A DNA stretch of 64,000 bases. Origin: Bacteroidales bacterium (GTDB lineage Bacteria > Bacteroidota > Bacteroidia > Bacteroidales > UBA12077). The notes under the pieces are model-generated. The model did not search any database. It was not told where the DNA came from and worked only from the letters and a program-made list of their open reading frames with translations. The position numbers were made by a program, and so were the translations under genes. This document shows positions 57,392 through 64,000 of the stretch, one piece after another; positions within the stretch are counted from its first letter, which is position 1, and each line of letters begins with the position of its first letter. The stretch covers positions 1,431-65,430 of the forward strand of contig JBKGZA010000001.1 of NCBI GenBank assembly GCA_046545815.1. The letters are read 5' to 3'.

Positions 57392-58691
57392 AAACATTCT
57401 GATCATCTTACCTCTGCTGATGCTCCTTCCTTTTGCTTTTTTTACCTCATGCGAGGAAGAAAAAGTTGAGCCTGATGAAAAAGATACGTTAAATCAAGCC
57501 TTTTACGATCTGATGGAAGAATGGTATTACTGGTATGAAGAGATACCGGAAATAAATCCTGATAATTATGATAAATCAAGTACCAGTGAAAACCTCCGCG
57601 ACATTCTTAACGATATTCGCTATGAAAAAGATACCTATAGCTACATTACTTCTTATGAAGCTTTTCGGCAGTATGTCGAAAAAGGGTCTTATACGGGTTA
57701 TGGGTTTGGCTCTAAATGGGATGAACAGGACACTTTGCGCCTTACTTTTGTATTTAATGACTCTCCCCTGAAAGAAGAAGGTATCGAAAGGGGTTGGGCC
57801 CTTACCAAAATAGACGGAAATAAAGTAACTCCGGAAAATTTTGACCAATTGCTGGGAGGCGGGGAACATGATTTTACCTTCGTTTCCCCCAGCAGTCAAG
57901 ATACAATAAAAGAAAAATTTGCCAGGAAAGAGATCTCCATGAATACCGTTTTGAAAGATACCATAATTGAATATGAAGGGAAGGATATAGGATACCTGGT
58001 GCTGAAGAGCTTCATCAACAAAACACCGGATGAGCTTACCGGGGTCTTCCGCAAATTTGCCGATGAGAATATTGAGGAGCTGGTAGTGGATCTGAGGTAC
58101 AACGGAGGCGGCACGCTATCTGCCTCACGATTTCTAGGAGAATTTATAATCAACGACGACGACGTGGGGGAGAAGACAAAGACATATGTAGAGATCAGCC
58201 ATAATGATAAAAAAGCTGAGGAGAACGACACCACTCACGTGTTCGGGGAAGATTCCCTGAATATATCCTTAGGGCTTGACCGCACCTATTTTTTGACCAC
58301 ACAGGCCACTGCTTCTGCTAGTGAAGCGTTGATCAACGGGCTGAAGCCTCATATGGATAATGGTGTTCATATAATTGGCGAAGCCACCTACGGAAAACCG
58401 GTGGGAATGTATGCCTTTACGGATGACAATAAGGAATATGCATTTCTTCCCGTATGTTTCGCACTGAAGAATGACGCCGGAGATGCGGATTATTACGATG
58501 GGCTTCAACCTGATGCATCGATGAATGACGATTTCAAACAGCCTTTCGGCAGCCTTGATGATGATCTGTTGCTTCAGGCGTTGAACCATATTGTTGGCAG
58601 GGAATCTGCCACGAAAAAAGCCTTATATAAGCCCATACCGGCAAACGAAGTCGAATACAGAAGCCTCCGGGATGAGATCGGAGCCTTTTAG
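57381..58691 (+). CDS. S41-family (tail-specific/C-terminal processing) peptidase lipoprotein
   Basis: Lipobox FFTSC. VVDLRYNGGGTL and TASASEALINGLK (Ser nucleophile region). Start placed at 57381. Confidence 0.8.
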   Translation: MIRKNILIILPLLMLLPFAFFTSCEEEKVEPDEKDTLNQAFYDLMEEWYYWYEEIPEINPDNYDKSSTSENLRDILNDIRYEKDTYSYITSYEAFRQYVEKGSYTGYGFGSKWDEQDTLRLTFVFNDSPLKEEGIERGWALTKIDGNKVTPENFDQLLGGGEHDFTFVSPSSQDTIKEKFARKEISMNTVLKDTIIEYEGKDIGYLVLKSFINKTPDELTGVFRKFADENIEELVVDLRYNGGGTLSASRFLGEFIINDDDVGEKTKTYVEISHNDKKAEENDTTHVFGEDSLNISLGLDRTYFLTTQATASASEALINGLKPHMDNGVHIIGEATYGKPVGMYAFTDDNKEYAFLPVCFALKNDAGDADYYDGLQPDASMNDDFKQPFGSLDDDLLLQALNHIVGRESATKKALYKPIPANEVEYRSLRDEIGAF

Positions 58692-58808
58692 ATATATCTG
58701 AAAAGGCACCAAACGGATGTATCAACCAAAAGAGCCCCGGTTTCATATTACCGGTAATATAGTTGATTAGGCCGTTAATGTCAATGGATAAATTTTAAAC
58801 CAATCTCA

Positions 58809-59351
58809 ATGATCATTTTAGGGATAGACCCGGGTACCACCATCATGGGTTACGGATTGATCAGCCAATCCGGGAAAACCCCGGTTCTGATTCATCTGGG
58901 TGTCATAGAGCTTTATAAGATTGACGATCATTACGACCGGCTAAAGCAGATTTTCGACCGGATTCTGCAGATCATAGACGGGTATCACCCCAATGAGATG
59001 GCTCTGGAAGCCCCATTTTACGGAAAGAATGTGCAATCCATGCTGAAGCTGGGCAGGGCACAGGGAGTGGCTATGTCGGCTGCACTGCACCGTTCCCTGC
59101 CCATTTACGAATATGCCCCCAGAAAAATCAAGCAATCCATCACGGGCAACGGGAATGCCTCCAAAGAGCAGGTAGCCCGGCTATTACAAAGCATGCTCGA
59201 AATTGAGGAGCTCCCCAAAAACCTGGATGCAACCGACGGGCTGGCAGCAGCGGTGTGCCACTTTTATAACTGTTTGGTACCCCAATCAAAAGAAGGCCAT
59301 AGGAGCTGGAAGGATTTCATCCGAAAGAATCCCGGAAGGTTGAACAAATAG
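58809..59351 (+). CDS. ruvC: Holliday junction resolvase RuvC
   Basis: [15 protein letters not shown]-terminus, 180 aa, and a C-terminal [12 protein letters not shown] motif. Confidence 0.93.
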   Translation: MIILGIDPGTTIMGYGLISQSGKTPVLIHLGVIELYKIDDHYDRLKQIFDRILQIIDGYHPNEMALEAPFYGKNVQSMLKLGRAQGVAMSAALHRSLPIYEYAPRKIKQSITGNGNASKEQVARLLQSMLEIEELPKNLDATDGLAAAVCHFYNCLVPQSKEGHRSWKDFIRKNPGRLNK

Positions 59352-59462
59352 CACTTATTGTCACATACATCCCCCGGGCAAACGACCGACGTTTAAAGGT
59401 TTAACAACAGAAAAACCATATAACAAAGCTGACAGTGACTCTGCGACAAAAGCATTTGTTGA

Positions 59463-60452
59463 TCAGAGATATCTTTTGTTGTTAGGAAATTTCTCCAAAA
59501 AACCTGAAAGGTTATTTAAGCGCAACCGCCGGAAAAGAAATGGGTTTCTTGTATTTTTTACCGTCGTAAAATGGAAATTTTTTGCCCCGAAACCGGTAAA
59601 AAACTTTTCTTTATTCGGTATGGCGAGATTTTCGAAGTTCAATGTAATGTTCTTTTCTGCATTGTCCCTGATGAAAAGGTCAACCAACAGTTCCATAGCC
59701 TTTAGCCTGAACCCTTCCTGTGATATTCCGGAAAAAAGCATACTGGCCTGTCTTTTCGACTTTAAAAAAAACACAGCGGCACACAGTTTATTTAGCGGTG
59801 AATAGGCTCCATAAATATCGCCAAGCTCGTGATTGATCATAAAGTCAGCGATTCTGTGCAACCTGTAGATGGTTCCCTTCTTCTGTTTTATTGATACCAC
59901 CACCAGTTTGTCATTTATAAACTCCATAAATTCACTGGGCGTAACCCCACGAAAGATGTGCAAATGATTCCTGTTCGCATGGTCTATTCCATCAAGCAAC
60001 GCTTGGGAATAAGCACTCCGGATGATATCATAATTGGTGATCAGGTCAAACTCATAGGTATTGTTGTTTTTCTGACGGAGCACCGAGGAATCTATGGTAT
60101 TGAATTTATTCAGATTGATTTCAAAAATTTTAAAGGTGCGGTTGACTTTATCCAGGAAAGTATTGACCATATTTTTATCCATAATTTCTGTTGAAAAAAC
60201 GCCCAGCTGATTTGCCAGCCTGCTGGTATAAACATACTTGACCCCTGATATTTTTCTTGTGAGCAAAGGCATGACAGCAAGATAGTCATCCAGTACTATA
60301 CCTTCCCATTCCTCGCAGATGAAGTCAAGGTACCATGAGAAAGCATACAGGCTTCCATTGTGGGCATTGTTAATACAATCGTCCCATTTGATGAAGTTGA
60401 TTTCATGATTCCTCAGATACCTTAATTCTTTATGATAATTGGCATGATTCAT
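59463..60452 (-). CDS. Hypothetical protein, possibly FemAB/GNAT-fold acyltransferase-like
   Basis: 329 aa. The start overlaps the radC stop (ATGA). The fold guess comes only from the N-terminal W..C...S.F..W pattern and the size. Confidence 0.35.
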   Translation of the reverse strand: MNHANYHKELRYLRNHEINFIKWDDCINNAHNGSLYAFSWYLDFICEEWEGIVLDDYLAVMPLLTRKISGVKYVYTSRLANQLGVFSTEIMDKNMVNTFLDKVNRTFKIFEINLNKFNTIDSSVLRQKNNNTYEFDLITNYDIIRSAYSQALLDGIDHANRNHLHIFRGVTPSEFMEFINDKLVVVSIKQKKGTIYRLHRIADFMINHELGDIYGAYSPLNKLCAAVFFLKSKRQASMLFSGISQEGFRLKAMELLVDLFIRDNAEKNITLNFENLAIPNKEKFFTGFGAKNFHFTTVKNTRNPFLFRRLRLNNLSGFLEKFPNNKRYL

Positions 60453-61144
60453 AGTAATCCCTCGTCTGCATAACTATAATAAACATCAGGTCCCACAATA
60501 ACATGATCCAGCACCTGTATGTCAAGGTAAGCCGAAGCATTTTTCAGCTTGTGTGTGATGTTGGAGTCGGCCTTGCTCGGGCGGATATTGCCTGAAGGGT
60601 GGTTGTGGCACAAGATAATGCCGGTAGCCAGCTTTTCTATGGCCTGTTTCAGAATGATCTTCACGTCTGTGACCGTTCCGGTAACGCCACCCTGACTGAT
60701 TTTCTGTTCATCGATGATCCGATTGGAGCGGTTCATGTAAATCACCCAAAACTCTTCATGGGGAAGGTCCATCAATTTGGGCTGGAAACGTTCATATACA
60801 TCCTGACTTGATTTGATCTGTTTCTTATTTACGATTTCGGATAGCTTTCGTCTTTTGCCCAGTTCCATCGCCGCGGCAATGGAAATGGCTTTGGCTTCTC
60901 CAATACCCCTATATTTCTGGAGATCATGAATCGTGAGCCGACCCAGTTCATTCAGGTTGTTATCTGCCCCTTTCAGTATCCGCTTGGTGAGGTCCACAGC
61001 AGTTTCTCCAGGACTCCCCGAACCGATCAGCAACGCCAGGATCTCAGCATCACTAAGCGCACTGACTCCCTTCTTTATCAATTTTTCCCGCGGACGATCC
61101 TCAACTGACCAATCCGTAATATTCAGCTTATTTTTATATTCCAT
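60449..61144 (-). CDS. radC: RadC-family JAB/MPN-domain protein (UPF0758)
   Basis: 231 aa. HhH region (LSDAEILALLIGSG) and JAMM-like motif ILCHNHPSG. Confidence 0.9.
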   Translation of the reverse strand: MEYKNKLNITDWSVEDRPREKLIKKGVSALSDAEILALLIGSGSPGETAVDLTKRILKGADNNLNELGRLTIHDLQKYRGIGEAKAISIAAAMELGKRRKLSEIVNKKQIKSSQDVYERFQPKLMDLPHEEFWVIYMNRSNRIIDEQKISQGGVTGTVTDVKIILKQAIEKLATGIILCHNHPSGNIRPSKADSNITHKLKNASAYLDIQVLDHVIVGPDVYYSYADEGLL

Positions 61145-61327
61145 GGATGGAATGCTGTTATAAATACATAAAATAAAATGAATCTAAAATTATGAATTTT
61201 ATGCGAAAAATGCCATCCCTTATCCAGGTTAATTGCATGTGGATTTTCTAACTGTTTAATATTAATAGCTGTTTGGCAGTTATAATTTCATTGTCTGCTT
61301 AAAAGAGTCCATTCGTTATCGGAAATT

Positions 61328-62023
61328 TTATTCCTTCCTCCAGCGTTTCTCCCTTCTTTCCTTTTCTTTAAGGTACTGTTCAATTTGCCAGTCATAGTAA
61401 TCCATGTTTTTTGCTTCCATCTCTTCTTCAATCTCCCAGTCATATTTCTTTCTTTGTGGTCCCATGTCCTTATAATAAAATGCGATTGCGATACCTGCAA
61501 TGGCACCGTACAGATGGCCTTCCCAGGACACGTTTTTACCCAGAGGCAATAAGCCCCAGATCATACCGCCGTAAAGAAATGCAATTAAAAGGGAGAGGGC
61601 CATCAACCGTACATGTTTACGGAGGATGCCGCTGAAAAACAGAAAAGAAGCCAAGCCATAGATCAGGCCACTGGCTCCGATGTGATAGGCTTCCCTTCCA
61701 CCAAGCCATAGCATGATCCCGAAGAGAAAATAAATAAGGAAAAACACCTTAAAGGCTATTGAATCGTAAAAATAAAACAATCCTGTACCAAGAATAAGAA
61801 CGGGCAGGGTATTGGCCATCAAATGGCTGATGTCACCATGAATGAGCGGCCCGGTAAAAATCCCTGTCAAACCTTGTGTCTCCATCGGATAAACACCCAG
61901 ATTGGCAAAACTTTCCTCTATGACAATTTCCGTTAATTTGATCAGCCAAAGCAGAATAACAAATGATCCGGGAAATATGAGGCTATAGAAAAATTTTTTC
62001 TTTTCCAGTTCTTCTTCATCCAT
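61328..62023 (-). CDS. Rhomboid-family intramembrane serine protease
   Basis: 6 TM helices, GASGLIYG (catalytic Ser) and a downstream HLYGAIAG (His). The ATG at 62023 is preferred over the TTG at 62035. Confidence 0.85.
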   Translation of the reverse strand: MDEEELEKKKFFYSLIFPGSFVILLWLIKLTEIVIEESFANLGVYPMETQGLTGIFTGPLIHGDISHLMANTLPVLILGTGLFYFYDSIAFKVFFLIYFLFGIMLWLGGREAYHIGASGLIYGLASFLFFSGILRKHVRLMALSLLIAFLYGGMIWGLLPLGKNVSWEGHLYGAIAGIAIAFYYKDMGPQRKKYDWEIEEEMEAKNMDYYDWQIEQYLKEKERREKRWRKE

Positions 62024-62095
62024 ATTACATAACAATTATCATTTTAATTGCTATTTCAAAAATAATAAAATTAAAGGTTGTATGTTCACATAACC

Positions 62096-62161
62096 TGGAC
62101 AAGCCAAAACCAAACAGGATGCTTTCAAGGAATTTAATGTGTTTCCGTTTTGGCTTGTCCA
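62096..62161. repeat. 15-bp perfect inverted repeat with a 36-nt spacer in a divergent promoter region
   Basis: tggacaagccaaaac (62096-62110) and gttttggcttgtcca (62147-62161). Confidence 0.8.
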
Positions 62162-62248
62162 AATTAGCAATCAATCGGATACAATAGTCGGGAAGGCATT
62201 TAACGTTAAACCATTAACACAGCCATTCATTTTACACAATGAAAAAAT

Positions 62249-62256
62249 ATACTTTT
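62249..62256 (+). promoter_or_regulatory. -7 box (TACTTTTG) of the hflX promoter
   Basis: Matches TAnnTTTG, 34 nt upstream of the hflX ATG. A mirror box for the rhomboid gene (TATTTTTG on the minus strand) lies at 62057-62064. Confidence 0.35.
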
Positions 62257-62289
62257 GCAGTAAGTAAATCATAAGAGAGGTTAATAAAT

Positions 62290-63474
62290 ATGCTTGAAAA
62301 AAAGGAATTCAATGCGGAGCGGGTGGTATTGGTAGGAATCATCAATCAGGGACAGGATGAAAATAAAGTAGAAGAATATCTGGATGAACTGGCATTCTTA
62401 GCCAGAACTGCAGGTGCCAGACCTGTTAAAAAATTCACCCAACAGTTGGGTAAGCCGGATACCAAAACCCTCATAGGATCGGGCAAATTAAATGAGATCA
62501 AAGAATTCAACAAAAAAAACAAGGTGGATACGGTCATTTTTGACGAAGAGCTAACGCCTTCGCAGCTAAGAAATGTTGAAAAGCTGATGAAGTCAAAAGT
62601 AATGGACCGTACGAATCTTATACTCGATATATTTGCCAAACGGGCAAAAACGGCCCATGCCAAAACGCAGGTAGAACTGGCTCAATACGAATATCTGCTG
62701 CCCAGGCTGACCGGTATGTGGACCCACCTGGAAAGGCAACGCGGAGGAATTGGCACCAGAGGGCCAGGTGAGCGGGAGATTGAGACCGACAGGCGTATCG
62801 TAAGGGATAAAATCGCAAGGCTTAAAAAACAACTGGCCAAAATTGACAAACAAAAAGCGACACAAAGAAAGAACCGTGGAAAGTTGGTAAGGGTAGCGCT
62901 GGTGGGATATACCAATGCAGGCAAATCTACATTAATGAATGTGCTGAGTAAGTCGGAGGTTTTTGAAGAAAACAAACTTTTTGCAACATTGGATACCACT
63001 GTCAGAAAAATAGCCATAGGAAATCTGCCTTTCCTGCTTACGGATACCGTGGGATTTATCCGTAAACTTCCGCACAGTCTGGTTGAATCATTTAAATCTA
63101 CACTGGATGAGGTACGCGAAGCCGATATATTGCTTCATGTGGTGGACATCAGCCATGGAGGCTTTCAGGAACAAATACAGGTGGTGAACCAGACCTTGCG
63201 GGAGATAGGTGCCGGCGACACGCCAACCTATGTGGTGTTTAACAAGATTGACCTTTACGAAAACGGAAATCCGGATGGTGATACTGAAGAATCCGATGAA
63301 AAAATCAAGGCTTATAATGATTTGAAGAATAGCTGGATTGCCAAATCCAACAATTCCAACATGTTTATTTCGGCTAAAAACAAGACCAACATCCAGGAAT
63401 TAAGGGAAACGCTTTACCATGAAGTCAAAAAGATTCATGTGCAGCGGTATCCGTATGATGACTTCCTGTACTGA
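62290..63474 (+). CDS. hflX: GTPase HflX
   Basis: 394 aa. HflX N-domain, then G1 GYTNAGKST, G3 DTVGF and G4 NKID. Confidence 0.93.
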   Translation: MLEKKEFNAERVVLVGIINQGQDENKVEEYLDELAFLARTAGARPVKKFTQQLGKPDTKTLIGSGKLNEIKEFNKKNKVDTVIFDEELTPSQLRNVEKLMKSKVMDRTNLILDIFAKRAKTAHAKTQVELAQYEYLLPRLTGMWTHLERQRGGIGTRGPGEREIETDRRIVRDKIARLKKQLAKIDKQKATQRKNRGKLVRVALVGYTNAGKSTLMNVLSKSEVFEENKLFATLDTTVRKIAIGNLPFLLTDTVGFIRKLPHSLVESFKSTLDEVREADILLHVVDISHGGFQEQIQVVNQTLREIGAGDTPTYVVFNKIDLYENGNPDGDTEESDEKIKAYNDLKNSWIAKSNNSNMFISAKNKTNIQELRETLYHEVKKIHVQRYPYDDFLY

Positions 63475-63609
63475 TGTTGGGGATGATTTTTTCCTGGCCG
63501 TCCCCTGTACCTTACTTGAACAGGAAGATGGGATCAATGAATGGCAGAACGGGTAAAGGGAAAATGGGCGGTTTACCTCATTCAAGCTTTATTGATGCAT
63601 TAATGCATA

Positions 63610-64000
63610 CTATTCTCGCAGGAGAATGTCAAAAGTAAAGGTGCTTCCGCAGGCGGGTATGGACTCCACACGGATGGTTCCACCCAGAAGTTCCACCAAA
63701 CCACGGGAAATAGATAGCCCCAGACCGGTACCCTCATATTTTCTGCTGCTGGAATCTTCCAGCTGAATAAATCTTTCGAAGATCTTTTCATGATGTTCTT
63801 CTGAAATACCGATTCCATTGTCTTTTACAAAAAAACGCATGTGGTGCTTTTCCAGTGAATAACCAAATGAAACCTCTCCTCCTTCGGGGGTAAATTTAAA
63901 AGCATTGTTCAGAAGATTAACCAGTACCTGTCTGACTTTATTTTCATCTGACCGAATGATGCTCTGATCGTCATGAAGCGGTTTATAACAGTAAAAGCGA
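63610..64000 (-). CDS. Sensor histidine kinase, C-terminal HATPase_c part; 5' end lies outside the window
   Basis: The frame is open to base 64000. N box QVLVNLLNNAFKFT, G1 DNGIGI and G2 GTGLGLSI. Confidence 0.85.
   Translation of the reverse strand, partial: RFYCYKPLHDDQSIIRSDENKVRQVLVNLLNNAFKFTPEGGEVSFGYSLEKHHMRFFVKDNGIGISEEHHEKIFERFIQLEDSSSRKYEGTGLGLSISRGLVELLGGTIRVESIPACGSTFTFDILLRE

Noticed and set aside
1-64000. Scan for CRISPR arrays, IS elements, prophage genes, reverse transcriptases or DGRs, toxin-antitoxin pairs, restriction-modification systems and other known defence genes.
   Set aside because: None found by eye. All large ORFs are accounted for by housekeeping, envelope, transport or hypothetical functions. 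No regularly spaced direct-repeat arrays are present.

Overview
This is a Bacteroidota chromosomal segment. It carries gliding/T9SS genes and TAnnTTTG-type -7 promoter boxes, and its ORFs are densely packed and often overlapping. Most of it is housekeeping and cell-envelope content. From left to right: tRNA-Glu and rpsT; a purH-mreBCD-mrdA-rodA elongasome block; mgtE and rsmA. Next come a CusA/CusC/CusB-type heavy-metal RND operon with trailing cation-transporter, porin-like, Rrf2 and YceI genes, a sugar-porter plus GH3 pair, and a 1018-aa peptidase/PD40/beta-barrel fusion. The T9SS core porP-gldK-gldL-gldM-gldN follows, then topA, PBP1A, radA, panDC and tRNA-Ala. The right end carries a second Rrf2, comF, folK, sppA, an S41 peptidase, ruvC, radC, a rhomboid protease, hflX and a truncated histidine kinase. 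I found no transposase, integrase, CRISPR array, reverse transcriptase or recognisable defence genes. I cannot point to a convincing new multi-gene system. Five items remain unexplained. (1) A 49-nt palindromic-ended intergenic repeat has three copies, two of them bracketing the Rrf2-YceI pair. (2) About 830 bp of gene-free DNA follows tRNA-Ala; it contains 42-nt tandem repeats and an orphan promoter/small-ORF/terminator unit. (3) The peptidase/PD40/beta-barrel fusion has an unusual architecture. (4) An arginase-fold protein next to the T9SS operon has every metal-ligand motif substituted. (5) A perfect 33-bp inverted repeat lies between manC and gldN. All family calls come from reading motifs by eye; no searches were run.
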